The notes below the pieces were generated by a model. The model saw only the letters and a list, made by a program, of their open reading frames with translations, had not been told where the DNA came from and searched no databases. A stretch of DNA of 64,000 nt from Mustelus asterias (Eukaryota), in contig NC_135809.1 in NCBI RefSeq assembly GCF_964213995.1, positions 103,726,001 through 103,790,000 of the forward strand, given 5' to 3'. The translations under genes were made by a program, and so were the position numbers. Positions 37,620 to 50,410 of this stretch are shown here, piece by piece. How positions within the stretch are numbered: the stretch's first letter is position 1; each line of letters opens with the position of its first letter.

Positions 37620-38550
37620 GTTTATAAGAAATTTTATTTTTCAGACTAGCTTTAAATTTAGGGTAAATTTATGTGAATTGTTCTGCAGACTGTTTGACAA
37701 TAAGCCTGGATGGTTTGATTTGTTAGATCAAAGGCAGGCTTAGATTGTGTTACTGAGAAGAAGGTGCAAGATATTCACACTTTGAGACACTGGCCACAGT
37801 TTCTGAATTTATTTGGGGTAGTTTCTGGATCTCCCTCCCAACATCCCAGAAAGATGCTGTAAACAGTTGCGCTGTAACTGGACCATTTACTTCTAAGATG
37901 AAAGCGAGTTGGGACCAAAGACAGTCAATTAGCATTTCTATTTGGGTCCAGGGTTAATGTGTTTCATGTTTGCCGTGAGGAAAAGGGAGTCTTTTTCAGA
38001 TTAGGTTATAGGCTTCCCTGCAAATCAATTAGTATGATGGGCAGACAATGATGTTCTATGTGGTCAGCAGAGAAAAGGCAACTTAACTTTCACTTTGCAA
38101 GCCAGATGTGGGAGGGGAGATGGTCTCTGGTTGAGGGGAGACATCCTGTTGGCATCTAAGCATTCCGCAAGTTTCGTCCTGGCATACCCACGGGAAGACT
38201 AATCATTGGATCAAGCTTTACTGTTGGTGGTGAATTTAAAAAATGCTTCGAAAACTTGAATGTACTACTTGCCAAAATGGAGATTTGGAAACTTATTGGA
38301 AGCTGGAATCTGTTTGCTAAAAGGAATACGAGTTTGCGGGGATTGAAATGGGTAATAAGTATACAAGGATAATGTCACTTTCTGTAGTTAAAGTATAAGT
38401 TGCCTGAAAAATAAAAATAATGTTTAGTCAATTGTCTTTTTAGTCATTTTTGTTACAGTAAAAGTTTTAAAATTTGACAGTTTGTTCAGTCATTCTTTCA
38501 GATAATCGGAGGTTATGGAAATATTATCGGTCTCTATGGAGAGTGTAACA
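37620..38550 (+). mobile_element. Probable LTR remnant
   Basis: Ends in ...agtaaaagttttaaa...gtgtaaca, similar in organisation to the other LTR-like blocks; left boundary uncertain. Confidence 0.35.
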
Positions 38551-39029
38551 CAATCCATTGTAGTCATGTTGCTACCTTTGCCTCGCTATTTAATGTGGTT
38601 GGTTTAGCACATCAACCACGACAGTGATGAAACTAATCCTCTGACGTAGAACTATTCATGCAAGAAATTATCTTGCCTAGCCATTCATACAGTGTGATCA
38701 TCTGGACAGTGTACATATTATTCTGGTGTTTGACTTCCTCATGTAGTGCGTGGGGCGACTGACCTCTTCAAACCTTTTTGGACAAAGTCATTGAATTTCA
38801 AAACAAACGATACCGGCATAGTCACAGCCCACATTACAGTGAAAGATAATTGCTGGAGCAATAAACTCATCATCCCACTGTTATATTCACCACAATAAAC
38901 CGTGCTGATCCAGTCCTACCAGGATCCCCATGCCAATGATATCTATCTCCATGATTCCTGTGGCAATGTCAGGTGAAATCTAATTTTCATATATGCACCA
39001 ACCTTCCACACCTCCATAGTCCATTACAC

Positions 39030-40233
39030 CATAAGACATAGGAGCAGAATTAGGCTGCTTGGCCCATTGAGTCTGCTCCGCCATTCAATCATGGCTGATA
39101 TTTTTCTTATCCCCATTCTCCTACCTTTTCCCCATAACCCCTGATCCCCTTATTAATCAAGAACCTATCTACCCGGTCTTAAAGACTCAATGACCTGGCC
39201 TCCACAACCTTCTGCGGCAAAGAGTTCCACAGATTCATCACTCTCTGGCTGAAGAAATTCCTCCTCATCTCTCTTTTAAAGGATCATCCCTTTAGCCTGA
39301 GGTTGTGCCCTCTGGTTCTAGTTTTTCCTACTAGTGGAAACATCCTCTCCATGTGCACTCTATCCAGGCCTCGCAGTATCCTCTAAGTTTCAATAAGATC
39401 CCCCCTCATCCTTCTAAAGTCCAACAAGTACAGACCCAGAGTCCTCAACCATTCCTCATACAACAAGCTCTTCATTCCAGGGATCATTCTTGTGAACCTC
39501 CTCTGGACCCTTTCCAAGGCCAGCACATCCTTCCTTGGATACGGGGCCCAAAACTGCTCACAATACTCCAAATGGGGTCTGACCAGAGCCTTATACAGCC
39601 TCAGAAGTACATCCCTGATCTTGTATTCTAGCCCTCTCGACATGAATGCTAACATTGCTTTTGTCTTCCTAACTGCTGACTGGACCTGCACGTTAGCCTG
39701 AAGAGAATCTTGAACAAGGAAGGACTCGCTAGTTCCTTTGCGCTTCTGATTCTCTAAGCATTTCCCATTTAGAAAATAGTCTATGCCTCCATTCCTCCTT
39801 CCAAAGTGCATAACCTCACACTTTTCCACATTGTATTCCATCTGCCACTACTTTGCCCACTCTCCTAACCTGTCCAAGTCCTTCTGCAGCCCCCCTGCTT
39901 CCTCAATACTACCTGTCCTATATATCTGCAAACTTGGCAACAGTGCCTTCGGTTCCTTCTTCCAAATCGTTAATGTGTATTGTGAAAAGTTGTAGTCCCA
40001 GCATCGACCCCTAAGGCACACCACTAGTCACTGGCTGCCATCCTGAAAAAGTCACTGGCTGCCATCCTGAAAAAGACCCCTTTATCCCCACTCTCTGCCT
40101 CCTGCCAGTCAGCCAACCCTCTATCCATGCCAGGATCTTACCCTTAACACCATGGGCTCTTAATTTATTTAACAGTCTCCTATACGGCACCTTGTTAAAA
40201 GCCTTTTGGAAATCTAAATAAATCACGTCCACT
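39030..40233 (-). mobile_element. 5'-truncated CR1 LINE (same subfamily as 57322-60206)
   Basis: ORFs with DVIYLDFQKAFNKVP and MEYNVEKCEVMHFG...LVRPHLEYC; tail cataagacatagg; internal 24-bp tandem duplication at 40026-40073. Confidence 0.95.
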
Positions 40234-40639
40234 AGTGCTGGAGGCTCGTTATTTGTCTCCATTGACATTGTGGCAACCAGGATCACAGTGTGCAGGATTT
40301 TCATTTCCACTATTTTAACCCTTTGCCTAATTTTTTCTTGACTGTTGCGATTAGAGATTGGAAGGAGAAGGGTTTTAATCAAGACTATAGTTTCAGTGCT
40401 AAGAAATATTTTAAATTTGAAGAGAACATTTCAAATTGTAAGGAATGTTGAAAATTGTGCCATTTTGGTCTTTGTACTTCTGGACAAATCAATAATGAAA
40501 ATTTATCCTATTGAAGATGATTACCATTCATTTCCACGTTGCTGTTCTCTGGATTCCATTATATAACTGGATTATCAGGTGTGCGTATTGGATTTGCTTA
40601 TTAGTGCCCATGATTCATACAATAATTAAAGCTGACATA

Positions 40640-40875
40640 TAGAATTATAGAATCCCTACAGTGCAGAAGAAAGCCGGCCATTTGGCCCATCAGGCCTTCA
40701 TTGACAGAGCATCTTTTCCACCGCCCCCCCCGTAACCCCTCACATTTATCCTTCTAATCCCCCAAACCTACATATCTTGGGACACTAAAGGGCAATTTAG
40801 CATGACCAATCCACCTCAGCTGCACATCTTTGGGAGGAAACCGGAGCACCAACCCCCGCAGACACGGGGAAAATA
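40640..40875 (-). mobile_element. 5'-truncated HE1-like SINE
   Basis: tagaattatagaatccctacagtgcagaag tail and gggcaatttagcatgaccaatccacc...ggaggaaaccggagcacc V-core. Confidence 0.8.
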
Positions 40876-41934
40876 TGCATTATTATCTAAATAATTAATT
40901 TCAAAAATCGTAAGTAATACCAATGTCACTACCAGAGTTTCAATCAGAGCTACTGTTAGGAATTTTCCAATAACTTTTTCAGCTAGGTTTTTGCTTCCCT
41001 TTTCCCAGTATTTGAACTTGTATCACACTTAAGTTCCTTGCTGTTTAATTCTTAATCTTAATTTGCTCCATCATGTTGGCAGATGCAAGCTGGAAAAAGT
41101 TCAGCTTTTGTCAGTCCTTGTTACGATAACAAGCTGTTCTTTGTGTGCAGGTATCTTAGTTACCTTTTTTGTTAATCTTCACCATTATGATGACATTGCT
41201 TCAAAGTTATGCTAAGTTTTAAACTATCAATCATCTCTCCAAAATCCAAATAACCTGTGAGCAAATTAAATATTTCACTGAAGGACAAAGCAGTTTTACG
41301 ACACCATTTATAATGTTATAATATTTGAATATGATTTATGGCTAATCTGTTTAAGTTTTTATTGGCAGAGATAATAGTTTGTGCTACAGACGTTTGAAGG
41401 CATGTCAGGATTTGATTGCAGTTAATGATATATTACAGTGGAAGCTGCAGGAGGGTAATAGTACCCGTGAATAGGTGACTAGTAGTGAGTTACTAAGCTG
41501 CAACTAAATTGAGCAGTTCAGTGACGTCCTGGAAATGTCAATAATTTGTCGCCCCCCCCCCCCCCCCGCCCCCACACCCCTGCAATAAAATACCGCCTTG
41601 AACAAGCAAATGGATTATGCATTCTATTCCACTGTGATCCATATACTTTAGGGAGTTGGGTAGGAAGTAGGTGTATTTGATTTGTATTCAAATTTGCAGA
41701 ATTTGACTTGGAGATTCCCCCAGGGTATCTTGTACTTGGGCCTTAGCTTAAGAGGGCAAAACTGCGGCAGATGAAGTTCAATGCATGGAGGTGTGAGATT
41801 ACCCAATTTGGTCCTAAGAAAGATAGATCAGTACATTTTCTAAACACAAAGCTAGAAACAGTGGAAGAGCAGAGATTTAGAGGTCCAAGAACAGAAACCA
41901 CAAAAAGCTATTGGCAGGTATAAAAACTAATACT

Positions 41935-43130
41935 TCTGAGACAGTCCCTTGGGATCAAGGATTACTTAGCTTCCACTCCAGTTTGGTAGGATCTGAGATG
42001 CCTGAAAAGTCCAATGTGTATTCTGCAGACCCTGCCACATGCAGAGCAAGTGGTGCATGATGAGTTGGGAAGATGGGTTGTTTGAAAGTTTGTGCACGTC
42101 CTCTGACTTGGCTTCAGTCCTGCACATTCCAACAAACGTTCTCTCTGTTTGGTGCCTTCTCGAATGAGCCTTCTCATTTTGGTCAGTCATAAGCCAGGGA
42201 CTCCCTTGAGTTGGTGGGTACGCTTCATCTCTTCATCGCTTCAAGGAGATCCCTAAAACCTTCCCATGTCCTCCTGGGAGTCACCTGCCACAACCAAAAT
42301 CTGAGTAGAGCAGTTGCTTTGAGAGTCTGGTGACAGGCATACCAGTGACATGTCGCACTCAGTCAAGCTGGTTTTCAGTGATTAGCACCTTAATGCTGGG
42401 CATGTTGGCTTGGGAGAAGTCGCTGCTGGTGGACTGCCTTTCTTGCCACCGGATTTGGAGAATCTTGCAAAGGCACCACTAGTGGTCCTTCTCCAGGGCC
42501 TTTAAGTGCCTGCTGTAGATTGTCCAAATCTCTGACACACAGCAGCGGAAGGATCACTAGTTCCTGGTAACCATAAACTTGGCTTAGTTCCTCAAATATT
42601 CTTTCTCAATTGGCTGAAGGCTGAGTTGGCACATTGGAAATAATGAGGAAGTTTTCATCTATATCTTCCTTCATTGAGAGGAAGCTCCCAAGATACGGAA
42701 AGTCTCCAGGATCCCACTGTTGATCCTTATTGGTGGCAGGTGGTGTTTTGCTGTGGGAGCTAGTTGGAAGAGAACCGTAGTTTTCCAGGTATTTAGTGAA
42801 AGGCTCATTGTCTTATTTACTTCAGAGAAGGAGCCGATAATAACCTGAAGCTCAGTTTCTGAATGGGTACATATAAGAGTCGTCTGCATAGTGAAACTCT
42901 GAGGTGGGAGTGGTTTTGGCATAGGCTTTCAACCACACAGGCTTACCCTCGTGTTAAATTTGGTTGTGCTCAGAAATTTGTCACCAGCCTCTGTCTGCAA
43001 CGTTGACTTCCAAGCCGTGATCCTCACCAACTGCACCATCATAAGCCCCGTTTTGGTGAATGTGTCATTACATTAATTTTCTTCCCAGTTTCCTCACTGC
43101 AATACTGCTCCTCACCTCCAGCAAATTACC
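41935..43130 (-). mobile_element. RTE-clade LINE 3' portion
   Basis: C-terminal CSACGRVCRIHIGLFRHLRSY zinc-knuckle-like motif, HSETELQVI and LSLNTWKTTVLFQ. Confidence 0.85.
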
Positions 43131-43134
43131 CACT

Positions 43135-43480
43135 GGAATTCTACAATCATGGAATCTCTACAGTGCAGAAGGAGGCCATTCGGCCCATTCATTCTGCACC
43201 ACATTTCCAACAGAGCATTTCACCCAGGTCCTATCCCCACAACCCCACATATTTACCCCACTAATCACCCTTACACATCTTGGGACACTAAGGAACAATT
43301 TAGCATGGTCAATCCACCTAACCTGCACATCTTTGGACTGTGATAGGAAACCGGAGCATCTGGAGGAAACCCACGCAGACATGTGGAGAACGTGCAAACT
43401 CCACACAATCACCCAAAGCCGGAATCGAACCTGGGTCCCTGGCGCTGTGTGGCAGCAGTTCTAACCACTGTGTCAGCGTG
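43135..43480 (-). mobile_element. HE1-like SINE, near full length
   Basis: B box (ggaatcgaacc on the plus strand), V-core, CR1-type tail. Confidence 0.9.
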
Positions 43481-43932
43481 AAGATAATCTAAAGAACAGA
43501 CAGGAAACTGTTCAAACTATAAACACTAATTAAGGCTAAAAAGGCTTTATCTTAATAGGACTTGGACACAGAGTGGTGGAAGTGAAACTACAGTTAGATA
43601 AAGCTTTGAACTGTGTCCAGTTTTGGGCATCGCACCTCCAGGAATGATATGGAAGGAAGGGATGAAGCTTAGACTCACTAGGATGATACCATGACTAAAA
43701 GAGTTTAATTATGAGGACAGATTGCAGAGATGTGATTTGTGTTCTCTTGAGTATAGAAGTTTAAGGTTAGACCTGAATCCACCCTTAAGATGATTTAATG
43801 ACATTGGTTGCATAAATGGAGAAAAAACATTTCCTATGGTGCGCCGTTCAGAACAAGGAAGCCCACCTTAATATTAGGGTTAAGCTGTCCAGGAATGATG
43901 TTCGGAAACATAAAAGGTAGTCGTACATGTCT

Positions 43933-46560
43933 GGGGACAATGGCATTGCAGTCATACCATTGGTTTAGTAATCCAGAGGCCCAGGTTAATGCTCTGGGGA
44001 CATGGGTTTAAATCCCACCACAATAGCTGGTGGTATTTAAATTCAATTCATAAATCTAGGATTAAAAGTTTGTCTCAGTAATGTTGACTATGAAACCATT
44101 GTTGATTGTCATAAAAGTCCATCCAGTTCACTAAGCTCATGTAGAGAAAGAAATCTGCTACAGGTTGTCCAAGTCTCTGAATTGTGGTTGACTTCCAACT
44201 GCCTCTGAAATGGCACTGCATTGTACCAAACCTCTACAGAAAAGTAAATAAGGAATGGAACAGGCGGATCACCTGGCATCGACCAAGGCAGTGGAAACAC
44301 AATGACACACACAGCCCTGTCGACCCTGCAAATTCCTCCTTACTAACATCTGGGGGCTTGTGACACCGACTCATCAAGCAACTTCAATGTCCATCACCAA
44401 GAGCGACTTGGTAGCACCACTACTGATTCAGCTGACTGAGGGTCTGGGTCTGCAGCAGGTGGTGAGGAAACCAACAAGAGGGAAAAACCTACTTGACCAC
44501 ATTCTCACCAATCGATCTGTCGCAGATGTATCTGTCCGTAACACTGTTGTTGGGAGTGAACACTGCACAGTCGTTGTGGAGATCAAGTCCTGTCTTCACA
44601 TTGAGGATACTGTGTGGCACTACCACTGTGCTAAATGGGCTAGATTTTGAATTGATCTAGCAACTCCAGGAGGTGCGTGGGCCACCAGCGGCAGCAAAAT
44701 TGTATTCAACTGCAACCTGCAACCTCATGGCCTGGCATATCCCCAACACTATCATTACCCGCAAGCTAGGGAATTTACCTAGTTCAGTGAGAGTGGAGGA
44801 AGGCATGCCAAGAGCAGCGCAAGCATGCCTAAAGATGGGGTGTCAACCAGGTGAAGATACAGCACAGGATAATGCAGCATATGATAAACAACTAAATAAT
44901 TCCTCAACCAATACGATCTAGGCTCTGTGCTGCTACATTTAGTTGTGGGTGTTGGTGGACAATCAAACAGCTAACTGGAGGAGGAGGCTCCACAAATATC
45001 CCCACCCTCAATGATGGAGGAGCCAAGCACATCAGTGCAAAAGACAAGGCTGAAGCATTCACAGACATCTTTAGCCAGAAGTGCCAAGTGAATGATGCAC
45101 CTCGGCCTCCTCCTGCGGTCCCCAGCATCACGAATGCAAGTCTTCAGATAATTCTATTTACTGCACGTGATATCCAGAAACAGCCGAAGACACTCAATAT
45201 TGCAGTGGGGCTGTTTGTGCAATTATCAGCAATGTTCAGCACCACTCCTCAGAGACTAAAGCAGTTTGTGTTAAGGAACAGCTGGACGACACTCAAGCTT
45301 GGGCTGATAAGTGGCAAGTGCCACGCAAGTGCCAGTCAATGACCATCTCCCCTTGGGATTACAGTTGCTGAATCCCCCACTATCAACTTTCTGGAGGTTA
45401 CCATTAACCAGAAACCGAAGTGGACCAGCCATATAAAAATAGGTGGAAAGGCAAGTTGCGAGAGGGATACAAAGTTTAAAAACAGACATTGATAGATTAA
45501 GTCAGTGGACAAAAAGTTGGCACATGGAGTATAATATGAAGTTGTTCATTTTGAAAGGAAGAAAAACTGTAAAAAGCTGCAACACAAAGGGACTTGCGGG
45601 TACTTGTGCACGAAGCACAGAAAGCTAGCACACTGGTGCAGGAGGTATTCAGGAATAAGGCAATGGAATGTTGGCCCTTATTTCAAGAGGGTTGGAGTAT
45701 AATAGTAGGGAAGTCTTGCTGGAACTGTACAAGGTATTGGTGAGACCACAGAGCAGTTTTGGTCCCCTTTTTTAAGGAAAGATATCATTTTATTGGAGGT
45801 AGTTCAGAAAAGGTTCAGTAGGATGATCCCCAGTATGGACGGATTGTTTTATAAGCAAAGGTTAAACAGGTTGGAACTCTACTCATTGGAATTTAGAAGA
45901 ATGAGAGGTGATCTCATTGAAACAAATTGGATTCTTAAGGGGCTGCGAGGATGGTTCCCCTCACGGGAGAGACTAGGACCAAAGGGCATAGTCTCAGAAT
46001 AAAGGGATGCCAATTTAAGACTGAGATGAGGAGGAATTTCTTAGAGGCTTGTGATTCTTTGGAACTTCTTGCCACAGAGAGCTTTGGGACAGAGTCCTTG
46101 TGTATATTTAAGGCTGAGGTATATAGATTTTTGATCAGTAAAGAAATCCAGCGTTACGGGGAAAGGACAGGAAAGGACGAGAAGTATCAGATCAGCCATG
46201 ATCCTGTTGAGTGATGGAAAAGGCTTGAGGGGCCTAGCAGCCTACTCCTGTTCCTATTTCTTATGGTCTTATAAATACTGTGACTAGAAGAGCAGGTCAG
46301 AGGTTGAGAATTCTGTGGCGAGTATCTCGCCTCTTGACTCCCAAAGCCTGTCCACCATGTCCAAAGCACAGGTCAGGAGTTTGATGAAATACTCTGCACT
46401 TGCCTGGATGAATGCAGCTCCACACTCAAAAAGCTCAGCACCATCCAGGTCTCAAACAGCCCGCTTGAGTAGCACCCCATCCACCGCTGGTGCAAATTAG
46501 CTGCAGTGTGCGCCATCTACAGGATGCATTGTAGAAACTTGCCTTTGACAGCATCTTCCA
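43933..46560 (+). mobile_element. YKAQVR-family LINE with tRNA-like SINE head, APE endonuclease and deleted RT
   Basis: The SINE head/body (43933-44213) runs directly into KFLLTNIWGLV (about 44330), NFNVHHQE.LGSTTTD, PTRGKNLLDHILTN and SEH, and later KAQVRSLMKYSALAW. Confidence 0.85.
45438..46269 (+). mobile_element. CR1 3' fragment nested in the LINE above
   Basis: ORFs with LKTDIDRLSQW and RLELYSLEFRRMRGDLIE; TSD tataaa (45432-45437, 46270-46275). Confidence 0.9.
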
Positions 46561-46750
46561 GGAAACAATAATTCTGTTTTTCTCAACAGATGCTGCCAGA
46601 CTTGCCGAGTTTTTCCAGCAGTTTTTCTTTTTATTTCAGTAAAGCTGCTGACTCACTTCAACCATTGCAGCATTTCCATTTGCTGTACCAGGAATCCTTG
46701 TGACCTTCCTAAGCCACATTTCCTGCAAAGAGCAGTTTTGTTTTTAATGT

Positions 46751-46860
46751 TCTGACAAAAGATCATTGATATGAAACACTAACTTGAATTCCCTCTGTAC
46801 AGCTACTACCTGAGCTGCTGAATGTTTCTTGCTTTATTTGAGATTTTCAGCATCGACAAT
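46751..46860 (+). mobile_element. Decayed Penelope pLTR remnant with eroded hammerhead-like motif
   Basis: tctgacaaaagatcattgatatgaaacactaac resembles CTGAnGA-stem-GAAAC with substitutions; sibling fragment at 46561-46640. Confidence 0.45.
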
Positions 46861-47228
46861 ATCTTACTTTTCTATTAGTAACCATTTTGTGTTGCTTATC
46901 TACAATTTAATTTATTTCTGATGGAAATCTTGCGTATTCAAACTAAATTGATGAATCTAGTCAACAGCCTACACGCAATTCAATGTAAATTGATTCTGTT
47001 ATACAAGCTTTTTAATTTTGCAATATATATCTAATTACCGTAAATTACTGTAGAAACAATAGGTTAAAGGTTGTGTAAAATAAGTTATTAAAACAAAGGG
47101 GATTAAGTAATGATCTTACCGAGTTTCAATCTATAAGATGATTTAAAGCAATTTAGGTTGTGCAAATTTCATTTTACTTTTCAGGCCCTTTCATCCCACT
47201 TGTAAATTTTTATTAAAAAAGTGCAGAG

Positions 47229-47592
47229 TCATAGAAACCCTACAGTACAGAAAGAGGCCATTTGGCCCATCAAGTCTGCACCAACCACAATCCCACCCAG
47301 GTCCTACCCCCATATCGTTACATATTTACCCGCTAATCCCTCTAACCTACGCATCTCAGGACACTAAGGGGCAATTTTAGTATGGCCAATCAACCTAACC
47401 CACACATCTTTGGACTGTGGGAGGAAACTGGAGCACCCGGAGGAAACCCACGCAGACACGAGGAGAATATGCAAACTCCACACAGACAGTGGCCCAAGCC
47501 GGGAATCGAACCCAGGTCCCTGGAGCTGTGAAGCAGCAGTGCTAACCACTGTGCTACCGTGCCATCCCAACCACTGTACTACCGTGCCGCCC
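47229..47592 (-). mobile_element. Full-length HE1 SINE with tandemly duplicated 5' end
   Basis: Near-identical to 32401-32751 in reverse; aaccactgtgctaccgtgcc occurs twice (about 47544 and 47569). Confidence 0.95.
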
Positions 47593-48571
47593 CAGGAGGC
47601 AGACGAGTCAGGACATCAACTGGGATGTTCTTAAGGATTGGAATATGGCAGGAAAAAAGCATTAAGATTTAACAAGAAACTTTGACGTGAAGATGGCTTG
47701 AATTTTTAAGCGTACCATTTTTTTTCTTAACCACTATAGGAATGAAAATTACATTGGAAAGCATGTTGTTATAAGATACATTTTTGAGTTCATTTTGATT
47801 TGAATTTACAGTAATTCTAGCAAAAGAATAGTGATTAAATCACAATTATGTTTTTTAAACATTTCAGTGTTTAGCATTGTAAGACTTGGTACAAATCAGT
47901 TCTTTGTTTTTTTCTTTTCTGTTAATTTCACTTTGTTATTGAGCTGTAACATTTTATAGAGTAACAATACACTCTGCTTGAGAATTATGTGCTGTTGTGG
48001 AAGTCACAAGTGTTTTCTGTTTTCTTTGAGACAGCATGGGAGATGTGAATGTCTATAGGGAAGTGTGTTGAGATAGTACTCAGTACCTGTGGAAGATGAG
48101 GGGCCCAGTGGGGAGGGGAGAATAGAGAGAATTTATGATTGCAGAAGCTACCTTAGTGATGCTTCAGCTTTGGGAGCATGGGGTGAGTCTGCCAGTGCGT
48201 GGGCCAGAGTTTTATGTGCCCCCCCCTTGGGTGGGATTTGAGGTGGGGGAGTGAGTAACATTGAAGGGACAGGATTCCGTCCATAATTCCACGCATCCCA
48301 ACACAGCCAAAGTTTTACAGTGGGGCAAGTAGGGCCATTGGACTGAAAGTCCACCCATGCCCCTATTAAGGACGTTGAATGGCCACTTAAGGGTCTTTTG
48401 TGCCCAGTCTCCATTTTAAGGCTGGCGATGGTGGTTGGATTGGCCTGCCAAACAGAAAAAGTCCACTCTCAATTTTAGGCAGGAAGATGGGGGTGCCACA
48501 ATCTGAAAGCCCCTTCAGATTTGGGACGCCCTCCTCTCAGGGACCTGGGAGTTCTGACTCTCTTCCCCTCT

Positions 48572-48717
48572 GCCCCTACCCCTGACACTGAAATCGCTCC
48601 CGTCCTGACCCTTCAGGGCATCCCCTACCCCCCCCCCCCGTACCCCCCCCCCCCCCCCGCCCCTACCCCTGACACTGAAATTGCTCCCGTCCTGACCCCT
48701 CAGGGCATCCCCTACCC
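48572..48717. repeat. 59-bp direct duplication separated by poly-C
   Basis: gcccctacccctgacactgaaat.gctcccgtcctgaccc.tcagggcatcccctaccc at 48572-48630 and 48659-48717, 2 mismatches. Confidence 0.9.
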
Positions 48718-49314
48718 TTCCGCCACCTCACCGGGACCCCTGATACTTACGTGAAATGCGATCCTGCGACTTAGGCTCAGGCGCTGCAATACCTCATCCA
48801 GCCACTGCAGCTTTGTGCCTGCTTGGATGACTACTCTCCAAGGAAGGCCTTCTATTTAAGAGTGGACGAAAGTCTTGCCCGCTGCCAATCAACATTCAAC
48901 TGAGTGTAAAATGGCAGTGAGCCTATCAGAGTGGGCATGGATATGTTCCCTACCTACTCTCAGGATGGCGGGTGCCAAGTGCTTGCCATCCTGAACATGC
49001 AGGCCATGCATTTACTCTGCAAGTGAAAACCTCTTAAAAACCACTTGCTGTAAGTCTTGTGCAATGACCTCGCATGACTAGAACGACACTGAGACAGTCT
49101 TTATGATGCAGGCACTCAGAGTGGGACTGCATCATTTGACAGCAAGAGAGGTGAGGCAGATATTGTTTCTGTTTACAGAATAAAGAGGGAGTTACTAGGA
49201 TGTAAATCAGTCTGAGGGTTCAGATTTTGAATCATGAGAATGAAACTTTAAAACTTCATGTGTTTCTAATGCTGCACTTTTATTTCTATCTTTCTCTATT
49301 ATTTACTGTACATT

Positions 49315-50010
49315 GAAGAATCATACAGCACAGAATAAGGCCATTTGGTCCATCATGCCTGTGCTGGTGTTGGCTCTTTGAAAGAGCTACCCAGTTAGTC
49401 CCACTCCACTGCTCTTTTCACATGGAGCTGAACATCTTTCCTCCTCAATATCCAGTTCTGTTTGATAAATTCCTATTGAATCTGATTTCTTATATTTTTT
49501 CAGGCAGCAGATTCCACATTACAACAAAATTATCTCCTCATCTTCATTCCACCAATTCCTTTTAAAATGATCCCAAGTTTGTGTTATTGACCCTCCTAAC
49601 AGTGGAAATAGTTTCTCCTTATTGACTTCATCAATCCCCCTTAAAATTTGAAATGCTGTTAAAAATTCCTGACTTGCCATCTTCTTTTGTTTCTTGATAT
49701 AATTCAAATCTCTCATCTGTGGAAGCATTCCAGCAATTCTGCTCTGCTCCCTCACCAAGGCCTTCTCATCTTCCTAAAATATGTTCCACAGAATTGGACA
49801 TGATACTCTAGCCGAAGCTTTTATAATGCACCGGTGAAACTTCCTTGTTTTCGAACTCTCTTCCAGCTCAGGATCCTGTGTGCTTTTTAATAGCCGTGTC
49901 TATTTGAATTGCCACTGTCAATGGAATATGTGAACCTCCATGTTTCTCTGCACCGTTTTAAAATTGCGCCTTTTATTTTATATTGCATCTCTGCAATCGT
50001 CCTACCTTCA
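49315..50010 (-). mobile_element. Degraded CR1 3' portion
   Basis: gaatcatacagcacagaataaggccatttgg tail; ORF with FQILRGIDEVNKEKLFPL. Confidence 0.75.
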
Positions 50011-50204
50011 GTCATGTATGCAAAATGTATTACAATATAAAGATGTAGCAACCTTGTCATGCTAAAATGATGATCATTGATGAGAAATTGTGATATAAGA
50101 TATGAAGGTGTATAATGTCATATTATATAACCTGTATAATTATGTGAAACTATATATAGTGGTGGCGTGTGGAAGTTCTGTCTCATTGTATTCTCATTGT
50201 ATAT

Positions 50205-50410
50205 CACTTACCTGGGAGTTCGAGAGGCAATGGACTTGCAAGGGAATAGCCTGGAGTGGCAGCAGACAAATCGGGGCCAAGGCTTGAGGCCTATACTTAC
50301 CTGGGATTCAGAGAGGTGGCGGACCTGCGAGGGAGCAGCCCAGAGCGGGAGCAGATAAATCTGAGCCAAGGCTTGAGGCCTACATCACTTACCTGGGAGT
50401 TGGAGAGGCG
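50205..50410. repeat. About 90-bp tandem repeat, 2.3 copies, each starting acttacctggg
   Basis: Units start at about 50206, 50295 and 50387; each complete unit ends gccaaggcttgaggccta. Confidence 0.85.

Noticed and set aside
40026-40073. Small tandem duplications (also about 11971-12004, 25585-25633, 27001-27067)
   Set aside because: Ordinary slippage or repair duplications, mostly within dead repeats, with no sign of function.
50293-50304. U1 snRNA gene or pseudogene
   Set aside because: Identity is limited to 12 nt and lies inside a CR1 5' UTR repeat.
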